Shown here: piece after piece, positions 26,389 through 41,079 of the stretch
How positions within the stretch are numbered: the stretch's first letter is position 1
Layout of the letters: each line of letters starts with the position of its first letter
Assembly: GCF_006345805.1 (NCBI RefSeq)
Contig: NW_021831838.1
Coordinates: 724-64,723, forward strand
Direction of reading: 5' to 3'
Length of the DNA stretch: 64,000 nt
Origin: Octopus sinensis
Lineage: Eukaryota
The notes under the pieces: generated by a model
Database searches by the model: none
Told to the model about the DNA's origin: nothing
Seen by the model: the letters and a program-made list of their open reading frames with translations, nothing else
Position numbers and translations under genes: made by a program

Positions 26389-27028
26389 GTATGTATGTAT
26401 ATGTACATATACATACTAGCAATGCACGTATATCAACAACGGAACAAAAACTTGTACATTAAACCACATATATTCACAGACGCGCTGATGCACATATACA
26501 TCCCCGTACTGAATTTTCAGGCAGACGACTTAGTCAATATAAAGAATTAGCTATAAAAATAGATAGCCATCTTGAAATTAATATGGTATTTTTTTGTTTT
26601 ACTTATCTCTTTCCTATTTTCCCCTCCTTATACATGTATGTAAATGCATTCATTTATGCATGCATGTCAAATCATATAGCTGGCACACGCACAATTGCAC
26701 AAGATTTACACACCGTATGCAAATATACATACTATTGCACGTATTCATTATAACTTACATTTTACAGTGTTCATTAATGGCGTCCGCACATACATGCGTA
26801 AGTGCATGCAAGTATACATACACACATACATACAGACAGACAAATAGACAGATAGTCAGACAGAAAAACGTACTTCCATCCATCCATGCATAGATATATC
26901 ATACATGTATATAAACATACATATTTACACACGCATGTACGAACGTACAGATTTATAGCTATGTACGGTATGATTATATTCGTATATATATTGCAATGTG
27001 TGTAAAGTATTTCTGTCTGTCTGTCTGC

Positions 27029-27091
<63 letters not shown>

Positions 27092-27142
27092 CTATCTATC
27101 TATCTATCTATCGGTAAGTAGATAGACATAACATTAAAATCA

Positions 27143-27175
<33 letters not shown>

Positions 27176-27694
27176 TATATATATATTATATATTATAATA
27201 TATGTATATACTTATTATTATATAATGTATAAATATATGTATATATATATATATATAAGCGCTATATATCGATGTGTATAAATATAAGTGTATGTATATA
27301 TATATGTATATGTATATATATGCATATATGTATGTATATATATATGTATGTATATATTATGTATGTATATATATATAAATATAATTATATCTATATATAA
27401 TATATATATATATAGATATATATATATATATACATATATATGTATTTATGTATGTGTGTTTTATGTGTGTATCGTTACTAATGATTATCTTACGCCTTAT
27501 AAATATTTGAGTTTGTGAGTGTGTGTATGCGTATATGTGAGCCTAAGCGGAGTTATGCGCATGTGCATATGCTCATGCACTCGTCATACCTTTCTGTACG
27601 TATGCATACTTATGCTGTAAACTAGACATACGTACGCACGTACTTGCATATAAGTATGTGTACATGAATGCAACGTGTTTGAGTATACAATTAT

Positions 27695-27745
<51 letters not shown>

Positions 27746-27816
27746 ACATACATTCATACATATATATACATGTATGTATATGTGTATATACATATATATA
27801 TATATATATAATATAT

Positions 27817-27879
<63 letters not shown>

Positions 27880-28289
27880 ATATATATATTATATGTATAT
27901 GTATATGTATATGTATACTTATATCTATTATGTATTTATATTTATGTATTTATATTTATGTATGCGCATTGAATATTCGCATACGTAAGCGGTGAATATT
28001 AAAAAAGTATTAAAAAAGATTAAAAAGAAACCATCACCAACAATGCAAACATAGAACTGCAAAAAGAAGACTAGAGTTTGTCAAGTGGTATTTATTTATT
28101 TATCTATGAATGCATGGATGACTTTTGTTATGGCTGGATTATAAATGTATTGATGAGAACGACACTTGGCAACGCTGTAATGAACTGAGAACATGTACCA
28201 CTGTTAATGAATAAATATGCATGTATCTGCATGCATCTGAGGAAAAATAGCGTCAAAGAATGGATGGAGTGGAGTGATTTGAAAAACGT

Positions 28290-28870
28290 AGTTGTAGCAG
28301 AAGTAGCATGAAGATGAAGTAGGAGAAGATGAAAGAGCAGAAAGGACTGATGAAGAAGAATGCACAGAACAAGGAGAAGGAGGATGAGGTGAAGTTGAAA
28401 GAGAAGGTATATAAAAATGAGGAAGAGGAGGAGGAGGAGGAGGAGAAAGTGAAGAAGATACTGAAGAAGAAAAAGAAGGTGAGGAAGGCGATGAGTAGAG
28501 GAAAAAGGGTGATGAAGATGAAATAGAAGAAAGAAGTGGAGGAAAGAGTACGAAAGAGAAGGTAAAAAGAAGATGAAAGAGAAGAAGAAGAAGAAGAAGA
28601 AGAAGAAGAAGAAGAAGAAGAAGAAGAAGAAGAAGAAGAAGAAGAAGAAGAAGAAGAAAAGAAGAAGAAGAAGAAGAAAACTACGTTGAAGAAGGAGAAC
28701 GACGGCAGACGAGAAAATGATAGAGAAGGGGAAAAAGTAGAAATGATGAAGAATAAGTTAAAGAAGGTGGAAATGAAGGACAAGAAGAATAAGAATATGA
28801 ATAAAAAGAAGAAATGATGAACGAGAGGCGGAAGAAGCAAAGGGTAAAAATAACAAAGCGGAAGTGGAAG
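28290..28870 (+). repeat. Polypurine field with pure (GAA)n core (about 28581-28657)
   Basis: Directly visible; potential triplex-forming tract. Confidence 0.95.
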
Positions 28871-28884
28871 CACAAAATTAAACC

Positions 28885-29370
28885 CTTTCTACTATAGGTA
28901 CAAGGCCTGAAATCTTACAGGAAGGAGCTAGTTGATTATATTGACCCCAGTGCTCAACTGGTAATTATTTCATCCAGCCCGAAAGAATGAAAGCCAAAGT
29001 CGACCTCGGCAAAATTTGAACTCAGAACGTAAAGAAGGGTGAAATGTCGCTAGACATTTTGTCTGGCATGTTAACAATTCTGCCACCTTGCTGCCTTAGT
29101 ATTAGTATTAGTATTAGTATTAGTAGTAGTAGTAGTAGTAGTAGTAGTCTTTTCTACTATTGGCATAAGGCCAGAAATTTTGTGGGAAGGGAATTAGTCG
29201 ATCACATCAACTCCCAGTGCTTATATCATCGACCCCGAAAGGATGAAAGGCAAAGTCAACCTCGGCGGAATTTGAACTCAAAATTACGTTCTGTGTTCAA
29301 ATTCCGCCGAGGTCGAAATGCTCCTAAGAATTTTGTCCAGTATGCTAACAATTCTGCCACCTCGCTGCCC
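28885..29370 (-). mobile_element. Two OR-like SINE copies separated by (TAG)n; the second has an internal inversion
   Basis: Family core at 28930-29090 and 29150-29281; plus-strand piece at 29286-29315; minus-strand head at 29316-29370. Confidence 0.8.
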
Positions 29371-29569
29371 TAGCAGTAGTAGTAGTCGTTGTGGTGGTGG
29401 TGGTGGTGGTGGTGGTGGTAGTAGTAGAAGTAATAGTAATAGTAGTACTAGTAATACATATCTACGTACATACATACATTGGTCACAAGGGTTGCAAAAT
29501 CGTTTAGGATAATACAAAAACTAAGGGCGGCGGAAATTTTCTTAAACACTTATAAACAATAAAAATTAT

Positions 29570-30570
29570 AACAATCACCAAGAAAATTATAACAAAATTC
29601 CCTAATAGCGGGGAGTAGTACTCAGAGGTGCCCAAGGGACTTCACAGATGCTGAATTACTCCGACCGCCAAAGCAACACTGGGAAGCGCCCCACTTCTAT
29701 CCGTTCTCCTTGTCCAGCAAGCATCAACGTAAAGTAGGTCCATTCACTCGGGCCACTCTCGCCATATTCACCCGTCTCTCGATACATTTACCAGAGAGAA
29801 GTACCTCCCTTTTTAAATGATCCTTAAAGAAAAAAAACAATGAGGGTTTGGCCGAAGAAGGAAGTATGTCTCCAGTCGTTTCAGGTTTCAGTCCCATCCA
29901 TCACACAGCCTTCTTTGTCATAGCCACCAGGCAAAGGAAAACTGTCTGCCCTTCCAGTCCAAAGGTAGGTGGTGAGGAGATCTTCACAACAAGGTCGGTG
30001 TAAGCAATAGCAGATATTCAACATAACTCTACAAATTAGCAACGCTTGGATACTTTATAAGCGCTAGTAGGACGGTTCCTGTGCTCTGCGCGTATCTGGA
30101 GAAGATCCGGCTGACAGCATTACCGTACTTGTAGAGTCCATTCCGAACAGCATAGACTCTCCTAGCAGCACTGCTAGACTAAAGATTCCTGGAAATCGTC
30201 CATGGGTCCTGAACCGAAAGTCTTCCGGAACAGACCAGGCAGTTCATCAGCCACCGAAGTCATTGTGGCTCTTGCACGTCATTAATCTCCTATAGGACAC
30301 CATGATTGAACTTCCACCGATTGCATTGCCCGACTGGCAGGCGTAAGAGCCTGACGACACTTTAGGTTTCAAGTACCTTGCCACGGTCTCTGCTTGATTC
30401 GAGACTACAGTCCTGTCAAAGAGACGAGTTATGGAAGAGTTTGACAAACAGCGGCAACCCCTGCTCACTGTCAAGAAGCTGATACAGCTCTCTCACACCC
30501 TAGATCTGTGCAGGATGTCCCTCGAAACCTGCAACTTCCGTCGTAGTAGATCGAGCGTCAGCCTGTGAAG
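29570..30570 (-). mobile_element. Tx1/L1-clade LINE 3' end, related to 8000-8880
   Basis: Minus frame FFKDHLKREVLLSGKCIERRVNMARVARVNG parallels FFEFHLQRKLRVKREVLSSSKFNERW..VRIVQANG; upstream FGLEGQTVFLCLVAM; multiple stops. Confidence 0.7.
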
Positions 30571-31823
30571 AAGGAACGAGTGGGGGAAGCTATGTTGGTA
30601 ATGATGCTGATGATGATGCAGCTGATGATGATTGCTTTTCTTTGAACGAGGGTCCAAGGCATTTAAGACAAAATAAAAGGACACATTGCAAATCCACAAG
30701 TGTGGAGTTAAAGTGGAGTCAAAGATGAAGAAGAAAAAGGGAAGAAGGAAGAGGGGGAGAAGACGGCAAGAAGATGAATAAAATGAAGAAGAAGAGGAAG
30801 AAGAAAAAGAGAAAGATGGAAAGAATAGGTGTTATGAAGGCCCAAGAACGTGGGTATACTGAGAAATAAAAACACAGATATTCTGGGAAACACGTTAGAG
30901 AAATCTTTATGTTGTTAGTATGAATTCATGTATTGGTGTATTTATTTATAAGATGTTGCTGTTTAATCAATCCCTAGTCATCGGTGAATGAGTACGTCTA
31001 TGATCAATGACACTCCAACCGTGACTACACCGTCCTTTATTTTTATATTTAATCAGAGGTAGACTTATATAATCAATCAGTTTTGATACGATAGATCTAT
31101 AGAAAAGGCAGTCAAAATTCCCTAAAATCAGACTAAGCCGCGTCCGAATTGAGGGAGATCTGGCTGCTATTTCCAACAGACAGCGCAACCATTTAAAGAG
31201 TTTCGCTTTAGTACACGCGTGCGTAAGTGTGTGATTATATGAGTATGCTTCAGTGAATATAAGCTCATATCATTTGGTATGTATTTATGTATATAGGGGA
31301 CTCTGGAATCAGACCAATTTTGTTCTGTTCTTCTGTTTAGTTCCGAACGTATGTGGCGTAAATGAGATCAGTGCCAACGAAAGGCAAATTAACACGCATT
31401 TAATTATATGGCTTTCCTTTCAAGCAGGTCCCACAACTGCCGCTATCAGGACACATAAACATTACATTAAAACTGCCTCAACAGCACACAAACTTAACGA
31501 AGCGTGGCGTTGCAGTCTCGGCTTTGACCAGTGGCTGTGATACCATTGTATCAGGCAGGAAATGTTCTGCACATGCCTTGACCAACTTCACTAACAGGAA
31601 AAGATAAAACAAAACAAAAAAAACTTCAACAGTTAAACACTCACATATATGAGCGCGTGGACACACGTACATTCAGGTACATAAACACACAGAAGCACAC
31701 ACACATTCACAGAGGCACACACTCACACACATTCACAGAGGCACGCACTCACACATACACACACACACAAGTACACACTTAGGCACACACAAAGTCAACG
31801 GACACACGCACAAACACTCAGGC

Positions 31824-31882
<59 letters not shown>

Positions 31883-32176
31883 GACACACAGATAAATAAG
31901 ATATACTTGCATACATACATATATATACACATATAGTATATGATTGCGAGTGTTTATATGAATGTGTGTATTATGTATGTATGTATGTATGTATGTATGT
32001 ATGTATGTATGTATGTATGTATGTATGTACGTATGTATGTATGCATATATGTATGTATATATATGTGTGTGTATGTGTGTTTTCTTTAGGATTTGTTGAA
32101 TTTTTTTTTAGGAAACTAGTCCATTAGAAAACCTCTGTTCGTGATGGAAGCAGTACATGAACCCAAAAAGTATTGT

Positions 32177-32409
32177 TTATGGCCATTTTAATGTGGCTGT
32201 CCTGTAAGAGACGACGATGCTCTCATTCAACCCTAGGAAACTATGTAATCTGGTGGTCTCAGAGCTAAGGTGGCAGAGTTATCCCCCGCTTGCAATAAAC
32301 ATCGAGTGCGAAAAATGCACTGAATAAACTATCTGGTGGAGATGTCTTCCTGGGGTAAAATGGCAATATCGCCATCTCTTAAAGGACAACCATATTAAAG
32401 TGGCCATAA
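32177..32409. mobile_element. Unclassified MITE with ~42-bp imperfect TIRs
   Basis: TTATGGCCATTTTAATGTGGCTGTCCTGTAAGAGACGACGAT vs reverse complement TTATGGCCACTTTAATATGGTTGTCCTTTAAGAGATGGCGAT (6 mismatches); no clear TSD. Confidence 0.7.
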
Positions 32410-32831
32410 AAAATGTTTATATTTCATTTAAAGAATTCAAGCTAGCCAAGTGGCGAAGTTCTTTCGCTTCAGTTAAGACAAGTGTTGGATGGGTTTGCGG
32501 TCATCTGAATCGGTTAAACTGTGTACGTATACACATGTTAACGCTTATGGATAACTTGTATTGTGTGGTGAATTTACTTAAGTTTACAAATGTCTGTACT
32601 TCACATATTTTTCATTTTAGTATACAAATGTTTGTGCTTCCCTCATGTTCATGTATATGTCGATGTGTGCATATGTTTGGCCCAGGAAAATTCACATGGG
32701 GCGGGCCCTGGAGCATTTAAAATGTAAGTTCCTCTCTCACTCTCGCCCTCTCTCTCCTCTCTCCCTCTTTTCTTCTCTCTCTCTACACACATACGTACAT
32801 ACATATACACATACATATATATATTTCTGTG

Positions 32832-33030
32832 TAAGGCAGCGAACTGGCAAAATCGTTAGCATAGCGAGCAAAATGCTTAGCGGGATTTCGTCCGTCTGTA
32901 CGCTCTGAGTTCAAATTCTGCTGTGGTCGATTTTGCGTTTCATCCTTTCGGAGTCGATAAAATAAGTACTAGTCGAGCATTGGGGTTGATTTTATCAACT
33001 ATCACCATCCCACAAACTAGTAAAAAGGAA
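32832..33030 (+). mobile_element. OR-like SINE monomer
   Basis: AAGGCAGCGAACTGGCAAAATCGTTAGC...GAGTTCAAATTC...CATCCTTTCGGAGTCGAT. Confidence 0.85.
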
Positions 33031-33668
33031 TATATATTCTGTGGATACACACACACATATATATGTGTATATACATACATACATACACACATACATAAAT
33101 AAATACATACATACATACATACATACATACTACATACATACATACATACACACACACATACACACACACACACACACATATATATATAATGGGTATATAT
33201 ACATATATATATATATATTTCAGTCCATGTGCCTATAGTAGAAAAGAATATACATTTCTGTGGATACATACACACCTATATATGTGTATATACATACATA
33301 GAACAGCATTCCATACAAGAACGAATTGTGGATCAGTAAAGAGACAAAATGGTTTCAGATGTTAGCTAGTCCTTTGACCTATACAATGACCCAACCTTAC
33401 AGGAAGCAAACCTACCAATTGACGGTATATAACAACCCCAAGGAATATCAGGTGTGAAAGATCAGGCAATTTCAAAGAAGACCTATCCTTAAGTTGTACC
33501 GAAAGTAATACAAAGGTGGCCATAAACTTTTTCTTGTTTTCTTTTTTGTTTCGACAGACAAAGCGCAGAACAAGTTTATTCATTGATCTGCTGGTTCAGG
33601 GCTGCCGTCATGGTGTTAAACAACAACAAAAAAAGAAGAAAAAATACGACAGAGGCAGCAACAGCAGT

Positions 33669-34000
33669 GGAGGCGCAATGGCCCAATGGTTAGGGCAGTG
33701 GACTCGCGGTCGGAGGATCGCGGTTTCGATTCCCAGACTGAGCGTTGTGTGTGTTTATTGAGCGAATACAACTAAAACTCCACGAGGCTCCGGCAGGAGG
33801 TGGTGGCGACCCCTATTGTACCCTTTCGCTCCAACTTTCTCTCACTCTTTCTTCCTGTTTCTTGTCCCCGACTTACTACGCAGCCGTTGAGCTTGGATGC
33901 ACATTCATCCATCTGTCGATGCTCTTGGTGTCGGTGGTTGACCTGCTTTCTCTTCTGCGGGTCTTATGAATAGCAAAGGACCACGTTTCGGACTTCTCCC
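33669..34000 (+). mobile_element. tRNA-derived SINE with a well-preserved Pol III promoter (third family)
   Basis: GGAGGCGCAATGGCCCAATGGTTAGG (A box) and GGTTTCGATTCCC (B box), followed by a non-tRNA body. Confidence 0.75.
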
Positions 34001-34272
34001 ATCTTGCGAGCTCTGGGACGAAGACCGTTCACTCAACAGCAACAGCAACAACAACAAAAACAACACAGATAAATTTACTAAAAAGCACAGAGCTGTCGCT
34101 ACTTTCAACAGGGCACTCAAAACTTGTCTTCCTTCCTTGGATCCTCAAATCCTGATAGAGCTGTAGGGAGATCCTCATGGTATATGTCGCGTACTGGGCA
34201 TTTTAAGACCTGGCGAAATCTGTTTCTCTCCGCGTCTGAGCACCACCGACTTCTTCAAAAGAGAAAGAGAGT

Positions 34273-34318
<46 letters not shown>

Positions 34319-34481
34319 CTTTATTCACCATAAGGTTGAGAAAAAGAGGGGACAAAACAAACGTTGGGGTCAGGGTATCGAATGAGACGAAACATATGAA
34401 TAAACAACAAATAAAATATATACAATTAAATGAGAATGAGTGATTAACAAAAAATGAAGCGGAGCACGCGGTCGACCCTAT

Positions 34482-34551
<70 letters not shown>

Positions 34552-35532
34552 GATCTCTGCACTGAAAAGGACAGAACGCAAAACTGATCTCAGTCGGATT
34601 TGAACTTATAACGTAAAGGAGTTGCAGCAGAAACGGAAACTAATTCCCCGCGTGACCCTAACATCACTACCAATTCGCCGCCATTATACAGAGCTAACAC
34701 AGAAAATCAAAAAAAATGGTGCTGCACGACTTGGCTTTAAGTTGGTCATTTCTTCAATGTTTCATAGTGAATTTCCTAAGAATTCTACAATGGTCCTTTC
34801 CTTCCGAATTCCACATTTCTGTGACAATTAGAAAAAATTCCACTCCACCACAACCTGTTTTATTATTATTATTATTTTTTGTTACGCTTTTGTTTTGCTT
34901 CCCCATAAAAAATACAAGCAAAACCTTGATTCTGAAATCATCACAAATCATGTGTCCATTATTTTTTATACATGTACTGAAGTGTGTGCATATATATTTC
35001 AGATATTTCATGCTCTTTCACACTTCAGTTGTCTTTTTCCTTTCTCTGCATTCCTCTCTTTTCAGCTCGCTTTTTCTCTATCTCTTTCTCTCTGTCCATC
35101 TCTCTCCTCTTTCTCTCACTGTCGTTTTCTTTCTATCTCTCTAATTATTCGTTATATGAATATATTTGCATGAAGTTGTGAATATGTGGACTAAAGTGTG
35201 AAAGAATGTAACGTGAGTTTTTTTTTGTTAGGTTGTTTGGGAGCGAGCGTATATTTGTGTGAAAGAGCACAAAAAGCAGCTATATATAGATAGGACAGAC
35301 GACAAACAGATATATATATATATATGTATATATAATAAATTAATAAATAAAACATATGCATATATACATACATATATGTACGTACCTACCTCTACATGTA
35401 TATATACACGCATATATGGGTACGGACACCAAAAAAACGTCGAACACAATAAGAAACGAAAACATAATCACAAAACCAAGATTGTTCTTGGTATATGTAT
35501 ATATATATATGTGTGTGTTTGTGTGTGTGTGT

Positions 35533-35567
<35 letters not shown>

Positions 35568-35710
35568 ATATATACATATATGTAGAAGACAGAGGGAGAG
35601 AGAAAAAAGTGGAGCGGGGAGAAGTAGAAAAATGCGATAGTGGGGCAATTGAGGAGAATTTAACATGAATATAAACAACAGCAGGGACAATGCTGACAAC
35701 AGGAAGTACC

Positions 35711-35741
<31 letters not shown>

Positions 35742-35802
35742 TCAACAGTGGAAATAACAAAAGGCCATAAAAACTACAATAGTGGCAACAACAGCAACGG
35801 CA

Positions 35803-35891
<89 letters not shown>

Positions 35892-36302
35892 AACCAGAGG
35901 AGCATTCTATACCAAGAATGCAGTTTCGGTTATATTATATTATACTTAATAAAAAAATATTAAGAAAGAAATGAATAGAGGTGTATACAATTATACATAC
36001 ATACATACTTACATACATACAATTATACATACATACATACATACATACATACATACATACATACAATTATACATACATACAATTATACATACATACATAC
36101 ATGCATGCATACATGTATGCTTACATATATATATATGTATCATATGTGTGGTATTTGTATGTGTGTGTGTATATGGGTATGTATCCAGGTAGACTTAAAA
36201 ACATATTTGTACATGCACATATGCACATACATGTGTTCATTTGTGTATGTATGCATAAATATATATATACACACGCAAAGAAATATATAAATATATAATA
36301 TG

Positions 36303-36359
<57 letters not shown>

Positions 36360-37150
36360 TCTAATATATACATACATAAATAAATTGATATATATATGTA
36401 TATGCGTATATCTGTAAATGTATGTATAGATGTTATATAGACACGTGCATATGTACATGTATAAACTTGTGTGTGTGTGGTATGCGTGTGTGTGATATAT
36501 GTCACTGTCTCTCCACCCTCTATCCACATATAAATACAAACACAAATGCACACATACACACTCACATAAATATATATACACATGCACACACGCACACACA
36601 CACATACACACACACACACACACACACGCACACATATGTCGTCTGAATTGAAACTTTCGCAATAGGTACCGTCATTTTCTCTATTTTTTGTCAATATACT
36701 TTCTCTGTCTTTAATTTATCCTTTATTTATCGCCTGAATTCTTCATTTCTGGCCAACTCTACACCTAACTTCCGGTTTCATTTTAGTGTAACTTCCGTTG
36801 CTGTGAACTGATTGCACCTATTTATATTTTTAAATATTGGCTCCATTCTGTTTTTCTTGACACTGTTTTCTCATGACAAAACATTCTCGAGAAGATATCG
36901 AATTCATGCGATTCAGTGATACGTACGTACATACATACATACATACATACATACATACATACATACATACATCCCTTCAATGACAGTCGGTTGAGTACAT
37001 CCGTATATCTATATCTATCTATCTATACATCTGTGTGTGTGCGTACGTATATATATATAATTTTATATATATAATATAATTATATATATATAAAAGTTCT
37101 CTTTTGGAGAGACTTAGTTATTTTAATATTTCTATTATATATATATATAG

Positions 37151-37202
<52 letters not shown>

Positions 37203-37384
37203 TATATATATTATGAAAGTAAATTTCGAACGCAGTAAAGCTGAAAGTACAGCAGAGAAAGATTGGGTATTTATTCTTATAAGACGGAAAAAAGCTGCCA
37301 GCATGCGGCTACGGGACTCAAACCCGTACCCATATGTACGCATATATATTTATGGATGTATACAAATGTGTATAAATACACATA

Positions 37385-37978
37385 CATGCATGCGTACATA
37401 CATACATACATACATACATACATACATACATGCATACATACATACATACATACATACATACATGCATACTTACATACATACATACATGCATACATACATA
37501 CATACATACATACATACATACATACATACATACATACATGCATACATACATACATACATACATACATACATACATACATACATGCATACATGCATGCATG
37601 CATACATACATACATACATACATACATACATACATGCATGCATGCGTACATACATACATACATACATACATGCATACATGCATACATACATACATACATA
37701 CATACATACATACATACATACATACCATACATGCATACATGCATACATACATACATGCATACATGCATACATACGTACATACATACATACATACATACAT
37801 ACATGCATACATACATACATACATACATACATACATGCATACATACATACATACGTACATACATACATACATACATACATACATACATACATACATACAT
37901 GCATACATGCATACATACATACATACATACATACATACATACATACATACATACATACATACATACATACATACTTAC

Positions 37979-38020
<42 letters not shown>
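37385..38020. repeat. ~600-bp (ATAC)n/(ATGC) interrupted microsatellite ending in (TA)n
   Basis: Directly visible; source of the 200-320 aa pseudo-ORFs. Confidence 0.97.
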
Positions 38021-38024
<4 letters not shown>

Positions 38025-38091
38025 GAGAGTGGAGATTTATTCACATTCAAAGCTTTTTTATTAAATATTTTTCTGCAGCATTTATAACTCC

Positions 38092-38176
38092 GACCGACAT
38101 ATGTTTCGACTACAGTAACTGCACATTTCTCTGTGGGCAATTATGCATCCTAGTTGCTGTAACTTCATCAAGGGTC
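38092..38176 (-). ncRNA. Type I hammerhead ribozyme motif with long stem II
   Basis: Minus strand: GACC-CTTGATGA-AGTTACAG...CTGTAGTC-GAAAC-ATAT-GTC-GGTC; GUC triplet, palindromic tetraloop, one extra U in the core. Confidence 0.65.
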
Positions 38177-38303
38177 CATCACACACGAACTACCCGACGA
38201 GTGAGTACCAGTATCTCTTTTAAGCTTGAGTACTATGTAATTTGGACCGTTATGGAAATTTGGAGCCATATATATATATATATATATATACATACATGCA
38301 TGC

Positions 38304-38343
<40 letters not shown>

Positions 38344-38379
38344 GCCACTTCAGCTACATAACACCACACGTGCTTTCTT

Positions 38380-38530
38380 CTCCCCGGAGGGTCCTTACCT
38401 GTAACCTCTTTCTGATGAGGAGCCATGCTCGAAACGTCATACCCCTCTTTTTTTTATTTCCTTTTAAACTGAGCGTCAATCTAATACATTCACTGTGTTC
38501 GTCCTTTTCACTTTCATTGTTTGTGCTTTT
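38380..38530 (+). mobile_element. PLE pseudo-LTR-like fragment with minimal HHR (38409-38441)
   Basis: CTGATGA-G-GAGC-CAT-GCTC-GAAACGTC; downstream CTGAGCGTC shared with the 26160 and 47180 copies. Confidence 0.65.
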
Positions 38531-38638
38531 AGTTTTGTTTATTTTTGATTTGCCTCTCTCTCTCTCTCTCTCTCCCTCTCCCTCTCTCCCTCTCCACCTC
38601 TGTATCTGAGTGCATTTTTAGGCACACACACACACACT

Positions 38639-38678
<40 letters not shown>

Positions 38679-38949
38679 CACACACACATGCACATATATA
38701 TCTCGTATATGCAATTGAGACAATATTAAATTGAAACAACGGTCTATTTATCTTACCTAATACATTCACACCGTTGATTGGCCTGTTACTGCAATATTTG
38801 TTCGATATAACATCCGATATGGACGTGCTGTGTTAAAAACAATAAATATTGGAGGAAGATGAACAATCAGCCCTGCTGCGGCAAGTGAAAACGTTAAATA
38901 CATTTTGGCCCTTTCAGACCTTCTCAATGACGTGTATTTGCAGCCAGTC

Positions 38950-39400
38950 ACATGTTTAAGGGAGAATCCGTTGCCTCCGATACAATATCAATTCCTGTAT
39001 CAGTTCATCCAGTGTTCGCAAGCACATTGGGTAGCAAGCTGACGCTACAGGTTTCTGTTGGCTCCGGCTTTCTCTATGTTCGTCTATGTGATATTGACTT
39101 GTTTCAAGTCGGTTATGAATGTTTTGCACGATATAGTTTTCGAATTCCCTCTCTTTCTATTTCCCATCTAGTGGTATTCAATTGAAAACTATCTTAGAAT
39201 TCGACTGACCTACTAGTTTTACTCTAGGTTCTGTGATGATAATATCGTGTTATATCGCAATACTACACAGTGGCTATCTGAGCTACGAAATCCTCTTCGC
39301 CACTGTTATATCTCACGTTCGGATGACCTCTACTCAACTCCTCGACGTCTAGACTTCTCCCTCTATGTCTACGTATTGGGCTAGCCTACTTCATCGTCTG
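38950..39400 (-). pseudogene. Possible degraded RTE-like ORF2 C-terminus
   Basis: Weak: remnants resembling QLRW, TTRWEIER and C-P-M-C-L-R in the expected order, with many stops. Confidence 0.25.
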
Positions 39401-40223
39401 GGGGTGGGGGCGTCCACACAACATATCGCTAAGTGTTCTGGTGTTGGCTCTCTTTAGAACGTTTTCATTTATTGTGTGGTTTTGCCTGTACTTTCTCAGA
39501 ATTTTTATCAAGCATTTTGGTGGATCAGATCTAGCTTTCTGTCGATTTTCACAGTTCTTTTCCATGTCTCACTTTCATTGAGAACACTTCATAGAACTTA
39601 AGCTATCATAGAGTTGGATCTTCGTGTGTAAATCGATGTGTAAATCGAGATTTAGGACAGCGTTCATTCTCTAGAATACGGTCGGTCGCGGGTTTGTCAA
39701 TTCCATGGTTGGCATTAATTTCAGTATCACCATTTTTTGCTGATGACGCCATCTAGATATTTTGCAATCTTGATTTTTTTTTTGCTGATTGATCTTCATC
39801 ATCGTTTTTGCTTTAAAGTCGTCAGTAAATAAAACATTTATTGACGTTGTGAATGGATATACCGGATTTTTTTTTGTATTCAGCAGGACATTTAATTCAG
39901 TGCCCCCATCTCATGCAGCCGCTACAAACCGTGTCGTGCTCGTTTTCACCGTCGTCCTGACCACCACCACCACCACCACCACCACTACAGTTATTCTAAT
40001 TGGCTGCTATTTTTGTCAGAATCTAGCTTAGCATGCCCCAATACGCCAATACCCTTTCCATGCTGGGTTTCCCTCAAGCACTCACAGATGACACGGAGCC
40101 AAATATGCCTCCAGTACTTTGTCGTCCATTCATTCATTCATTCATTCATTCAGTCGGTCAGTAATTTCTTTGTTTCTGTCTTCCTTTTTCTCACACATAT
40201 TTATATAGGTATATATACGTGTG

Positions 40224-40263
<40 letters not shown>

Positions 40264-40264
40264 A

Positions 40265-40295
<31 letters not shown>

Positions 40296-40524
40296 CATAT
40301 ATATATACGTAGGACGCAGAGTGAAACCGCTTGGTACAAATTGACCTCTATTGCTTATAGCAGTGCTTGGAAGTAAAGTGTGTAGAGTGTGGTCGTCTCA
40401 CCACAACACAGAGGTTCTATCAACGTCCATGGCAGAAAAAATACGTGTGTGTGTATGTGTGTGTGTGTGTGTGTGTGCTTGCGCGCGCAGAAAGAGGCAC
40501 GGCTTGAAGGTTATTATGGCCAAG

Positions 40525-40783
40525 AATCTTTCCAAAAATGAAATCCCACCTGGAAGAAACAAGATTTCAAGTCGTTGAGGAAATCGAAGTGACTGCGACG
40601 AGGCAGTTGCACGCTATCCTCAAAAAGGAGTTCCAAGAATGCTTCCACCAATGGAAACAACGCTGGATAAAGCGTGTGGCTCCAGAGGGGGATTACTTAG
40701 AAGGAGCTTAAATGCAAATTTGACATGTGTGGTAGTTTTCCTTTCATAGCACCAGTCCCGATATTTTTTGATCAGACTTCGTA
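40525..40783 (+). mobile_element. Mariner transposon 3' end (transposase C-terminus plus right TIR)
   Basis: IFPKMKSHLEETRFQVVEEI...EFQECFHQWKQRW / DKRVAPEGDYLEGA*; ends TTTTGATCAGACTTCGTA with terminal TA. Confidence 0.88.
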
Positions 40784-41079
40784 TTAAGCAAAGTGGATTC
40801 GTACATATCTTGTTGTTCCATTGATTCTGGGAATAAAGCCGAACCTGCATTTTGGGCACTGTATATGTAACCCCACTCCCAGTGACCCATGGATGTCGCC
40901 TTCATTTCCTTGAATCTTTTGTTCAAGAGAGCGTGTCTATAATTTGCATCCCAGATAACAATGTCGAGCCAATTGAGTTTCAAATTGATGTTTTTTACCT
41001 TTCATTTTCCAAATAAACCAATCTTCTTTCGATCCATTATATCTTAATTATTAATTATTTTTTATCTTCCACTTTTCTT

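Noticed and set aside
31330-31540. Exon candidates after strong polypyrimidine tracts
   Set aside because: Reading frames are short or unrecognisable, and AG after T-rich runs is common in this genome.
33669-33745. Genuine tRNA gene
   Set aside because: A and B boxes are present, but I could not form an acceptor stem and the sequence runs into a SINE body; the same holds for the other tRNA-like heads.
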